Source: a virus. Taken from it: DNA of 64,000 bases. The stretch lies in IMG/VR virus record IMGVR_UViG_3300030380_006483; one strand, written 5' to 3'. The notes below the pieces were generated by a model. The model was not told where the DNA came from and made no database searches. It saw only the letters and a program-made list of their open reading frames with translations. Below, piece after piece: positions 29,136-38,599 of the stretch (the stretch's first letter is position 1; every line of letters begins with the position of its first letter). Both the position numbers and the translations under genes were made by a program.

Positions 29136-29666
29136 ATGAAAATAGGTTTATGTGGTACAATGAGTGTAGGTAAAACTACATTAGTTAATAGATTAAAAGA
29201 ATTAGGTCAATTTAAAGATTTTGAATTTGCTACTGAGCGTAGTAAATATTTAAATGATTTAGGTATTCCATTAAATACTGATTCTACATTAAAAGGTCAA
29301 ACTGTATTTTTAGCAGAACGTGTTGCTGAATTAATGAAAGAAAATATTATAACTGATAGAACAATTATAGATGTTATTGCTTTTACTAATTTAGCTAGAT
29401 CAATTGATTTTAAAGATAAAGAATATTTTGAAGATTATGCTTGTTTATTTGTAGGTGAGTATGATTATATATTTTATATTTCTCCCGAAGGTACTGTTAT
29501 GGAAGATAATGGTGTTAGAGAAACTGATTTAGAATATAGAGATAATATTGATGAAGCTATTCGTAATACATTAAATAAGTTTGGTCATAGATGCGATAAT
29601 GTGCATATATTAAAGGGAAGCACTAATGATAGAATCGAACAAATGCTAGGAATTATACAAGATTAA
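29136..29666 (+). CDS. AAA_28/NadR-like P-loop nucleoside/nucleotide kinase
   Basis: GTMSVGKTT Walker A, TDRTIID, YDYIFY, EDNGVR. Confidence 0.75.
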   Translation: MKIGLCGTMSVGKTTLVNRLKELGQFKDFEFATERSKYLNDLGIPLNTDSTLKGQTVFLAERVAELMKENIITDRTIIDVIAFTNLARSIDFKDKEYFEDYACLFVGEYDYIFYISPEGTVMEDNGVRETDLEYRDNIDEAIRNTLNKFGHRCDNVHILKGSTNDRIEQMLGIIQD

Positions 29667-29689
29667 ATATTTATAGCAAATATAATATC

Positions 29690-30508
29690 ATGGATAATTT
29701 TAGTTTACAAAACTGGAGAATCAGAGTAGTTAACGAAGACGCATTTAGAGAAGGAATGGGAGAATTAAATGTATATGGGTATCAAACTAACCATTTTGAT
29801 ATATGCCCAGGTGCCCAAACTTTATTTAAGGACATTTTAAGAGGAGAATTTACTGATGGCATACCTAGTGCTAAGGAACAAGATAAAATTGTTGAATTAG
29901 CTAAATTACATGATATTTTATTTAAATTAGAAAAAATTGCTCTTAAGGATCAGGGTGATGCAAAGGTAGTATTTGATAAAGTTGTAGAGACGGCTTCTGA
30001 TATCTACACATTAGGTACTGAAATTGGATTAGATCAAAATTCCGACTTAAGATATATTCAAGGCCATGTAGAAAGGGTTAATGATGCAGCTAGAGGAACA
30101 GATGATATTGGTAGACCCTTAGATGAAGATAAAGCTGAAGATATGGCAGCTTTAATTAAACAAAGAGATGCCTTAATAAAAAAACATTCTGATGCTGGGG
30201 AAATGTTTAGTGATAAAGTCTATGATCTTGATAGCCAAATTCAAAAAATAGCAAAATCAGAAAGCTTAGATGAAATTGAATTAGAAATCCCAGGTGAAGA
30301 AAACGCACCTGCAGGGGATAAGGTTTTAAATAAAAAGTTAACTAAAAATGATAAAATTATTGCAGCTTATAAAGATATAGAGCAAGAAATTAAAGATAGT
30401 ATTCAAAAAATTAAATCAGGTAATGAACTTGAAAAAAAGACTGCTATGGATTTCTTAAAATCTAATCAAGATACTATAAAAGCTTACAATAATTTAAAGA
30501 AGGTTTGA
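29690..30508 (+). CDS. Modular putative internal head protein
   Basis: Leader MDNFSLQNWRIRVVNE; linkers FRE, MGE, LDE, LDE; late motif upstream. Confidence 0.5.
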   Translation: MDNFSLQNWRIRVVNEDAFREGMGELNVYGYQTNHFDICPGAQTLFKDILRGEFTDGIPSAKEQDKIVELAKLHDILFKLEKIALKDQGDAKVVFDKVVETASDIYTLGTEIGLDQNSDLRYIQGHVERVNDAARGTDDIGRPLDEDKAEDMAALIKQRDALIKKHSDAGEMFSDKVYDLDSQIQKIAKSESLDEIELEIPGEENAPAGDKVLNKKLTKNDKIIAAYKDIEQEIKDSIQKIKSGNELEKKTAMDFLKSNQDTIKAYNNLKKV

Positions 30509-30852
30509 ACCGAATAAGTGTTATATTACTTTGTATTACTACCCTTGCTATATTCTTCATAATTAATAAAAAAGAAGATATAGACTTATCCGAGTATAGA
30601 GATAAAATTGAAGAATTGCAACAACAGGTAGAAGTGTTGGAGCAAGTAAATGATAGTCTAGAACTAATAGAACAACAATTAGAGACTAAAATATCTAATT
30701 ATGATAATACAATTAATAACCTAAATAGACAACTTGATGTTATTAAAATTGAAACAGAAGCTAAACTTAACGCTGTTAATAATCTTGATGCTACTGAGCT
30801 GGAATGGTTTTTCACAAACCGATATAGATTCAGTAAAGATACAATTAACTAA
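30505..30852 (+). CDS. Putative inner-membrane spanin-like protein
   Basis: TTG start; N-terminal TM helix followed by a long coiled coil. Confidence 0.45.
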   Translation: MNRISVILLCITTLAIFFIINKKEDIDLSEYRDKIEELQQQVEVLEQVNDSLELIEQQLETKISNYDNTINNLNRQLDVIKIETEAKLNAVNNLDATELEWFFTNRYRFSKDTIN

Positions 30853-31165
30853 ACCTGTTGCTAAATTAGTAATACAGGATTTAATAAAATTTGATGCCTC
30901 TTATATGGAGATAGAGACATTACAACAAATTCTTAAAGAAACTAATTCAAAAATTGATACTCAAAACGAATTAAATACTAATTTAAGATCTCAAATTGAA
31001 ACATATAGAACAATGTTATCAACTAAAGATGAACAATTAGATACTTCAAAAGATATGTCTAAAGAATTAGAAAGAGCGTATAAAAAAGAAAGACGTCTTA
31101 AAAAATTCTACCAAATAACTTCTATGGTAGGTGGAGCAGCAATATTATTACTATTAGTACAATAA
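30737..31165 (+). CDS. Signal-peptide coiled-coil protein with C-terminal TM helix (spanin partner candidate)
   Basis: MLLKLKQKLNLTLLIILMLLSWNGFS-Q signal peptide; overlaps the previous gene by 116 nt in another frame; C-terminal ITSMVGGAAILLLLVQ. Confidence 0.45.
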   Translation: MLLKLKQKLNLTLLIILMLLSWNGFSQTDIDSVKIQLTKPVAKLVIQDLIKFDASYMEIETLQQILKETNSKIDTQNELNTNLRSQIETYRTMLSTKDEQLDTSKDMSKELERAYKKERRLKKFYQITSMVGGAAILLLLVQ

Positions 31166-32748
31166 TGGCTGATAATTTAAAACATATAATAAAGGAGGAA
31201 TTTATAAAGTGTGCTAAGGACCCAGTATACTTTATGAAAAAATACTATACTATCCAGCACCCACAAAGAGGTAGAATTAAATTTAATCTTTACCCATTTC
31301 AAGAGAAAGTTCTTACTCACATGAATAATGAAGATTATGTTATAATAAATAAATCAAGACAATTAGGTATATCAACTTTATGTTCAGCTTATTCATTATG
31401 GATGATGTTATTTCATAAAGATAAAAACGTATTATGTATAGCAACTAAACAAGAAACTGCTAAAAACATGGTAACTAAGGTAAGGTTTGCTTATGACCAA
31501 TTGCCAAAGTGGTTACAAATAAAAACAGATGAACATAATAAATTATCTTTACGTTTAGCAAATGGTTCCCAAATTAAAGCAGTAGCAGCAAGTCAAGACG
31601 CAGGTAGGAGTGAAGCAGTATCTTTATTATTAATAGATGAGGCAGCCTTTATTGATGGAATAGATGAGATATTCGCCTCAGCCCAACAGACACTAGCTAC
31701 TGGTGGTGGATGTATAGCATTATCAACACCTTATGGTACTGGTAATTGGTTTCATTCAACTTGGGCTAAAGCAGAAGCAAGAGAAAATACATTTTTACCA
31801 ATTAGATTACCATGGACGGTTCACCCAGAAAGAAATCAAGAATGGAGAGATGAACAAGATATAGTACTAGGACCTAGAATGGCCTCACAGGAATGTGATT
31901 GTGATTTTAGCACTTCAGGTGACACTGTTATAGAACCTGATATATTAAATTTTTACGAAAGTACTTACATCCAAGAACCAGTTGAAAGAAGAGGTATAGA
32001 TGGAAATTTATGGGTATGGCAAATACCAGATTACTCTAAAGATTATATAGTAGTAGCAGATGTTGCTAGAGGTGATGGTAATGATTTTTCAGCATTCCAT
32101 GTATTTGATATAGAAGAAGCAACACAAGTAGCTGAATTTAAGGCTCAAGTTCAAACAAAGGATTATGGTAATTTATTATTTGCTGTAGCTACAGAATACA
32201 ATGATGCTTTACTTGTAGTAGAAAATGCAAACATAGGTTGGGCTGTAATCCAACAATTAATAGATAGAGGTTATAGAAATTTATATTATTCTCCTAAAAT
32301 GGATGTGTCAATGACTAATGCTGACCAATATCTTTCTAGGTTTGAAAATGGACAAGGTATGGTTCCTGGATTTACTACATCAATGAAGACAAGACCACTT
32401 GTAGTCTCCAAAATGGTTTCGTATCTTCACGACAAATCTGTTACTCTTCGTTCTAAAAGATTATTAGAAGAACTAAGAACGTTTGTGTGGAAAAATGGTA
32501 AAGCACAAGCATTATCAGGTTATAATGATGATTTAACTATGGCATTAGGAATAGGAATGTTTTTACGAGACACAGCTTTACACTTTAGGCAACAGGGTGT
32601 AGATATGGCAAGAGCGGCACTAGGAGGAATACACTCAACAAATCATCAAGCACCTAATATTTACCAAGGTGGAAAACCAAACATAAACCCATACGAAATG
32701 GAAAATCCATATGGAGATAAAGAAGATATCTCTTGGTTATTGGGTTAA
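31165..32748 (+). CDS. gp17: Terminase large subunit
   Basis: KSRQLGIS Walker A, LLLIDEAAF Walker B, ALSTPYG motif III, nuclease ADVARG...D and DDL. Confidence 0.95.
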   Translation: MADNLKHIIKEEFIKCAKDPVYFMKKYYTIQHPQRGRIKFNLYPFQEKVLTHMNNEDYVIINKSRQLGISTLCSAYSLWMMLFHKDKNVLCIATKQETAKNMVTKVRFAYDQLPKWLQIKTDEHNKLSLRLANGSQIKAVAASQDAGRSEAVSLLLIDEAAFIDGIDEIFASAQQTLATGGGCIALSTPYGTGNWFHSTWAKAEARENTFLPIRLPWTVHPERNQEWRDEQDIVLGPRMASQECDCDFSTSGDTVIEPDILNFYESTYIQEPVERRGIDGNLWVWQIPDYSKDYIVVADVARGDGNDFSAFHVFDIEEATQVAEFKAQVQTKDYGNLLFAVATEYNDALLVVENANIGWAVIQQLIDRGYRNLYYSPKMDVSMTNADQYLSRFENGQGMVPGFTTSMKTRPLVVSKMVSYLHDKSVTLRSKRLLEELRTFVWKNGKAQALSGYNDDLTMALGIGMFLRDTALHFRQQGVDMARAALGGIHSTNHQAPNIYQGGKPNINPYEMENPYGDKEDISWLLG

Positions 32749-32772
32749 TATTTATTATATATACTAGACACG

Positions 32773-34698
32773 ATGGCAGACACTTCATTATTTGGTAGAC
32801 TAAGAAGATTATTTTCTACAGATGTAGTAATAAGAAACGTTGGGGGGAATCAACTTAAAGTAATAGATTCTAACCAAATACAATCCTTAGGTCAACTACA
32901 AACAAACTCACTATACGATAGATTTAATAAGTTGTATAGCACTACAGGGGGGCTGAATTATAATACAATGCAGCAAACTAATTTCCCTTCTACTAGAATT
33001 CAATTATACACAGACTATGAATCAATGGATACTGATTCTATTGTTGCTTCTGCATTAGATATAGTATCTGATGAATCTTGTTTAAGAAATGATATGGGCG
33101 AAGTACTACAAATTCGTTCAGCTGATGAAACAATACAAAAAATATTATATAATTTATTTTATGATGTACTGAATATAGAATTTAATCTATGGTCTTGGAC
33201 ACGTAATATGTTAAAATATGGAGACTTTTATCTAAAATTAGAAATATCAGAAAAATTTGGTGTATTTAATGTAATTCCATTTTCTTCTTATACTATTATG
33301 AGAATGGAGGGTGCAGATCCAGCTAATCCGGCTGACGTAAAATTTAAATATGATCCTAGTTATTCAGTATCTGAAAGTCCATTAGGATTTCAACAAATAT
33401 CACCCGGAGTAGGTGTTAATACTGGTGAGGAAGTAGTGTTTGATAATTATGAAATGGCCCATTTTAGACTATTATCTGATTTTAATTACTTACCTTATGG
33501 TAGATCATATCTTGAACCAGGAAGAAAAATTTGGAAACAAATGACATTGATGGAAGACGCAATGTTAATCCATAGAATAGTTAGAGCACCAGAAAAAAGA
33601 ACTTTCTTTGTAAATGTTGGAAATATACCACCTAATGAAGTAGAAACTTATATGCAAAGAATGATCAATAAAATGAAAAAAACACCTTATGTTGATCCAA
33701 ATACAGGTGATTATAATTTAAAATTCAACATGCAAAACATATTGGAAGATTTTTATATTCCTGTAAGAGGTGGAGATGCAACAACTAGAATTGAAACAAC
33801 AAAAGGTTTAGATTATGCTGCTATTGAAGATGTAACTTATTTAAGAGATAAATTATTCTCTGCACTTAAAGTTCCAAAAGCTTATTTAGGGTATGAAGCT
33901 GATTTAGAGGGTAAAGCAACACTAGCTGCTGAAGATATTAGATTTGCTAGAACAGTTGAAAGAATTCAAAAAATATTAATATCTGAATTAACTAAAATTG
34001 CATTAGTACATTTATATGCACAAGGATATGATGATTCTGCATTAACTAATTTTGAATTATCATTAACTACACCTTCTATTATATATGACCAGGAAAGAAC
34101 GGCATTGTTAAAAGAAAAAGTTGACTTAGCTCAACAAATGATGGATACTAAGTTAATGCCTACAGATTGGATATATGATAATATCTTCCATTTTAGTGAA
34201 GATCAATATCAAGAATATAGAGATCTAATTATTGAAGATCAAAAACGTAAATTTAGAGAGGCACAAATTGAAACAGAAGGAAACGACCCTGCTGAATCAG
34301 GTGAAGCATATGGTACACCTCATTCATTAGCTTCATTATATGGTGCTGGAAGATATCCGGGAAGCAAAGGAGTTCCTACAGGGTATAGTATTAATGACCC
34401 AGAATACCCAGAACAAGCATTAGATCAGGGAAGACCGGCGGATTCTGTATCTGATTATGGTACACAAGATAGTAATTTAGGTAAAGATCCTCTTGGTTCT
34501 AATAGAATGACAGCAAAATCAGGAGAAGAAGAAAGACCAGGATTATCTAACGCAGGAATGGCTTTAGAAAATTTAAATACTAAATCAATATTTGCTCAAA
34601 ATGAAAAAATGTTGAAAGGTATGTTTAAACAAAAAGTTAATTTGTTTGAAGGAGAAAACCTCTTGGATGAAGATAATATTCGTGAGGAAGTTGAATAA
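32773..34698 (+). CDS. gp20: Portal protein
   Basis: MEDAMLIHRIVRAPEKRTF...NVGN...EDFYIPVRG...IE...ALKVPK, typical of T4-like portals. Confidence 0.95.
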   Translation: MADTSLFGRLRRLFSTDVVIRNVGGNQLKVIDSNQIQSLGQLQTNSLYDRFNKLYSTTGGLNYNTMQQTNFPSTRIQLYTDYESMDTDSIVASALDIVSDESCLRNDMGEVLQIRSADETIQKILYNLFYDVLNIEFNLWSWTRNMLKYGDFYLKLEISEKFGVFNVIPFSSYTIMRMEGADPANPADVKFKYDPSYSVSESPLGFQQISPGVGVNTGEEVVFDNYEMAHFRLLSDFNYLPYGRSYLEPGRKIWKQMTLMEDAMLIHRIVRAPEKRTFFVNVGNIPPNEVETYMQRMINKMKKTPYVDPNTGDYNLKFNMQNILEDFYIPVRGGDATTRIETTKGLDYAAIEDVTYLRDKLFSALKVPKAYLGYEADLEGKATLAAEDIRFARTVERIQKILISELTKIALVHLYAQGYDDSALTNFELSLTTPSIIYDQERTALLKEKVDLAQQMMDTKLMPTDWIYDNIFHFSEDQYQEYRDLIIEDQKRKFREAQIETEGNDPAESGEAYGTPHSLASLYGAGRYPGSKGVPTGYSINDPEYPEQALDQGRPADSVSDYGTQDSNLGKDPLGSNRMTAKSGEEERPGLSNAGMALENLNTKSIFAQNEKMLKGMFKQKVNLFEGENLLDEDNIREEVE

Positions 34699-34730
34699 TT
34701 TTAATATTTATTGACAGTAGCGCACTACTT

Positions 34731-35579
34731 ATGAAAGTAAAACACAACAAGTACAAGAATACTGGTATTCTGTTTGAACTTCTAGTAAGGAAGATTACTT
34801 CCGATGCTATGAATAACAGCAACTCTAAGGCAGCATCTTTAGTAAAAAAATATTTTACTAAAAGTGAACTAGCCAATGAAAATAAACTATACCAGACAAT
34901 AAACAATTCAATATCATTATCAGAAGGTAAAGCTGAATCAGTATTATCTACAATACTTGATTTATCTAGAAAATTAGATAAGGATAAATTATCAAAAGAG
35001 AAATATAACCTTATTAAAGAAATAAAAGAAAACTTTGATATGGTTGATTTTTTCCAAGCTAAAATTAAAAGTTATAAACTTTTAGCATCAACATATATTC
35101 TTTTAGAATCACATAATAATAGAAAATTTGCAAATCCCGAATCTATTATTACATCAAAAATTACTATTTTAGAGCATATTACTTCAAATCCTGATACTAA
35201 AATATCTTTAACACCTTTAGTTGAAGATTTAATGAAATTAGATAAAGGAACACGTGCGCTTACTTATAAATTAATGCTTGAAAAATATAATACTAAATTT
35301 GATGATTTAACTACTGATCAAAAAGAAGTATTAAAAGAATACATAAATAGTGCTGCAGATGCCCCAAAACTTAAAGAATTTTTAAATTCTAAATTTGAAG
35401 CAATATCTACTATATTAAGAGAAAATATAGATAAAATAACTGAACCTGCACTTAAAATTAAAATCCAAGAAGTTATAAACCTTATTGAACCTATTTTAGA
35501 ATCTAGAAAGATAAAAGATGATCACCTTGTAGCGCTACTACAATATCTTGAACTTTCTAAGGAAATAAAGGCAGTATGA
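34731..35579 (+). CDS. Putative prohead core protein
   Basis: 282 aa helical protein between portal and protease, the position of T4 genes 67/68. Confidence 0.5.
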   Translation: MKVKHNKYKNTGILFELLVRKITSDAMNNSNSKAASLVKKYFTKSELANENKLYQTINNSISLSEGKAESVLSTILDLSRKLDKDKLSKEKYNLIKEIKENFDMVDFFQAKIKSYKLLASTYILLESHNNRKFANPESIITSKITILEHITSNPDTKISLTPLVEDLMKLDKGTRALTYKLMLEKYNTKFDDLTTDQKEVLKEYINSAADAPKLKEFLNSKFEAISTILRENIDKITEPALKIKIQEVINLIEPILESRKIKDDHLVALLQYLELSKEIKAV

Positions 35580-36655
35580 CAAAAATTAGGATAAAAGGAT
35601 TAAATAAAGAAATGAGCACCACAGGAACTGGTGCTTCCTTTGCACCTGGTACGGGTGCGCAATATGCTTCACCTAAATCATTCAAAAAAAAAGATGAAAT
35701 AGGAGAACCATTCACTAAACCTAATTCTTCTGTTCCTAATAGAAAATCTAAATTTATAGATTACAAGCAATTATTTGAAAAAGCTAAAAAAGCAATAAAA
35801 TTTAACCCTATTGATGATTTTACAGATTCACAAGCATGGGCTGGTGATAACACTGGGTATGATATGGACACTCAGGATGCTGCTTCAGTATTAGAATTAG
35901 CTAAAACATCTAAGGACGGTGAATTTAAAGTAGGTGATGTTCAAATTGAAAAGGGAACTAGATATGTTGTAACAGATGTAGACCCAGTTACAGGTGGAAT
36001 TTCTTGGGATGTAGAAAATGTACCCGCTTTTGATTCAGTATATAAAGAATTTGATGAATTAAGAAAGGCAATAGCAACTTTAGATAGAAAAACTGATGAT
36101 ACCGTTGTAGATGATATAGCTACTAAAATTAAAGCTGAGTTTAATAGATATAGAACTCATATTAGAAAAAATTATCCTGATGAATACAAAAGATTCCAGA
36201 CCAATGAAAATATAAATGAAGCAAGTGGAGGACCATCAAGAAGTATTCTTATAAAATTAATTCATGATATAGGAGCACAAAGATTTGCTGATATTATTGC
36301 TGATTTAAGAGATGAAAATTTACAGGATCAAATAGTAGCAGCATTTGGTCTATATAAAGATGAAGAAGGATCAGAATTTATGAAACCTGATATATTAAGG
36401 GAAGCAAGATATTCACAATTTAAAAAAGAATCACAATTCCGTACACCAACCCAACAATTACATATAGCTGTGCGTGAAATTAGACGTAAAATAGATGAAA
36501 TGTCTAAAGTAGTATCATTTACAGAGAGAATGAGAACTGAATTAAAATCAAGTAATGAAGGTATGACTTATTTAAATCGTACACGTAATGCTATATCAAA
36601 AATTAATGAAAAATTACAAGATTTAAATAACAGAATTAAAGGATTAACCGAGTAG
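35576..36655 (+). CDS. Putative prohead core/internal protein with a major-capsid-like N-terminal segment
   Basis: NKE-MSTTGTGASFAPGTGAQYA; further linkers LFE, LE, INE, LRE. Confidence 0.6.
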   Translation: MTKIRIKGLNKEMSTTGTGASFAPGTGAQYASPKSFKKKDEIGEPFTKPNSSVPNRKSKFIDYKQLFEKAKKAIKFNPIDDFTDSQAWAGDNTGYDMDTQDAASVLELAKTSKDGEFKVGDVQIEKGTRYVVTDVDPVTGGISWDVENVPAFDSVYKEFDELRKAIATLDRKTDDTVVDDIATKIKAEFNRYRTHIRKNYPDEYKRFQTNENINEASGGPSRSILIKLIHDIGAQRFADIIADLRDENLQDQIVAAFGLYKDEEGSEFMKPDILREARYSQFKKESQFRTPTQQLHIAVREIRRKIDEMSKVVSFTERMRTELKSSNEGMTYLNRTRNAISKINEKLQDLNNRIKGLTE

Positions 36656-36688
36656 TACAGAGGACAAAGACGATAAATATTTATATAC

Positions 36689-37855
36689 ATGACAACACAA
36701 GAACTATATAACAAGGTATTAGCTGAGGAGGTAACACAGCAAAAATTCTTATACGAAGTTCGTAGAGATATAAATTTACCTTTCATAACTTCAAGCAATA
36801 ATTTCAAAGATACTGTACAGATCTTAAAGAATAAAGGCATAATATCTGAAAAAAAATTATCAACTGGTAAACAAGATGTTGAAATTTACGCTAAAACTAT
36901 TGATATGGTTAATCCATATGAGTATAGTAGGGGTATGAATTTTGAATTAGGTGTTGTTATGGACGCAATAGGAAATAGAATTTCTGATAATGCCGGTGAT
37001 AGTATGCACATTGAAGATCTTACTAAAGATGACGTATTAAAGGCACAGAAAAAAGTATTAAAAAATCTTACTAAAAACCCTCAATACTATCAACAAAAGT
37101 TAATCCCACAAATGGAAGGTGAAACTGAACACCCAGTTGAAGTAAATGCTAAATCAATAGAGGCCTTAAAAAAAAAAGCAGGGAAAGTAATTCGTGAACA
37201 TGGTGAAGATTATGAGAAAGTATCCAAAGTTATGGGTAGTATTTCTCCCTTAGAAGAGGATAGCTATACTCTTACTGGTAAAGAATCAGAAACTTTTAAA
37301 GAAAAAGTAAAAAAATTTACAAGAGCTAAAAGTTATGCAGAAGAACTTGTAGCTTTAAAGGAATTAGATAAGTTATATGCTCAGTTAGATTTAAAAAAGA
37401 TGGATGTAAATGACTATGAAGAAATAGTAACTGATCCTCAATTAAAACTTGATTTAGACGAATTTAAAACTTCGGAAACAAATACTGATTACATATTGGC
37501 TTTACAGGCTTGGAAACAAACCGGAAGTGATATAGCTTATAGAAACTTAGTAAAAGCTTCTAAAGCTAATAATATGCCATTACCCCCACCAAAAAGTGAA
37601 ATGAATCCATTAAGAGAATATGGAACTGGAATTGGTAAAGAAGAGCAAATTGCAGCTAAAGAAATAGCAGCTAAACGTGAACAGATTTATAAAAAATATG
37701 CCGAAGAATATAATGTGGATGTTAATGAAATTAAAGATAGATTAGAAGCATATAAAATATCCCAAGAAGAAGCTATTGAGGTTGAAGATGAAGATACAGC
37801 AATATCAGTACAAAAAAAATCACCTAACGCTGACGTAAGAATAATCGGAAAATAA
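36689..37855 (+). CDS. Putative prohead core/internal protein
   Basis: 388 aa, charged; linkers ISE, IRE, LEE, LRE; late motif upstream. Confidence 0.5.
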   Translation: MTTQELYNKVLAEEVTQQKFLYEVRRDINLPFITSSNNFKDTVQILKNKGIISEKKLSTGKQDVEIYAKTIDMVNPYEYSRGMNFELGVVMDAIGNRISDNAGDSMHIEDLTKDDVLKAQKKVLKNLTKNPQYYQQKLIPQMEGETEHPVEVNAKSIEALKKKAGKVIREHGEDYEKVSKVMGSISPLEEDSYTLTGKESETFKEKVKKFTRAKSYAEELVALKELDKLYAQLDLKKMDVNDYEEIVTDPQLKLDLDEFKTSETNTDYILALQAWKQTGSDIAYRNLVKASKANNMPLPPPKSEMNPLREYGTGIGKEEQIAAKEIAAKREQIYKKYAEEYNVDVNEIKDRLEAYKISQEEAIEVEDEDTAISVQKKSPNADVRIIGK

Positions 37856-38472
37856 TGGCTCAAACACTATTAATAGAGTATTCGGTATTTACTCCAAAGA
37901 ATACCCAAATTACTGAAGGTATTTCGGGTAATAAAAATATGATTGTTAACGGTGTCGTTCAACGTGCCGAAGAATTCAATCACAATGGTAGAAGATATCC
38001 ATTTGAAATTTTAAAAAGAGAAGTAGATAAATATATTGAAGGCCCTATTAGAGAAAATAGAGCTTTAGGTGAATTAGACCATCCAGAATCATCTGTAATT
38101 AATTTAAAAAATGCTTCTCATAATATAAAAGAATTATATTTTGAAGGAAATGATTTAATGGGTAGTATAGAAATTTTACCTACTCCTTCAGGTAATATCT
38201 TAAAAGAATTATTTAAAAATAATATTACGGTTGGAATTTCTTCTAGAGGTATGGGTTCTGTAAAACCTTTAGGTGAAGGTAAGGTAGAAGTAGAAGATGA
38301 TTTTGAATTATTATGTTGGGATTTTGTATCAACACCATCTACACATGGGGCTTTTGTAAAACCCGTAGGGTTAAACGAAGGACGAAATCATAATTCTAAT
38401 CCATATATTAAATTAAACAAAATTATATCTGATATTATTTGTACTCAATCAGGTATTTGTTGTTTAAAATAA
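37855..38472 (+). CDS. gp21: Prohead core protease
   Basis: NHNGRRY, ALGELDHP, NASH, VGISSRGMGS, WDFVSTPSTHGA motifs of the T4 gp21 (U9) family. Confidence 0.95.
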   Translation: MAQTLLIEYSVFTPKNTQITEGISGNKNMIVNGVVQRAEEFNHNGRRYPFEILKREVDKYIEGPIRENRALGELDHPESSVINLKNASHNIKELYFEGNDLMGSIEILPTPSGNILKELFKNNITVGISSRGMGSVKPLGEGKVEVEDDFELLCWDFVSTPSTHGAFVKPVGLNEGRNHNSNPYIKLNKIISDIICTQSGICCLK

Positions 38473-38521
38473 AAACCCATTTTTGTTTTTATCCTCCTTA
38501 TATATTTATCTATGATAAGAT

Positions 38522-38583
38522 AGATATTCCCAATAATATCTCACTCTAATAAAACACACTTATATTACTTCCTAATAAGTAAT
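38522..38583 (+). promoter_or_regulatory. Tandem hairpins in the 5' leader of the scaffold/capsid transcript
   Basis: AGATATT-CCCAAT-AATATCT (38522-41) and ATTACTT-CCTAAT-AAGTAAT (38564-83): two perfect 7-bp stems of different sequence with near-identical loops. Confidence 0.6.
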
Positions 38584-38599
38584 CCCAAAAATTTTTATA

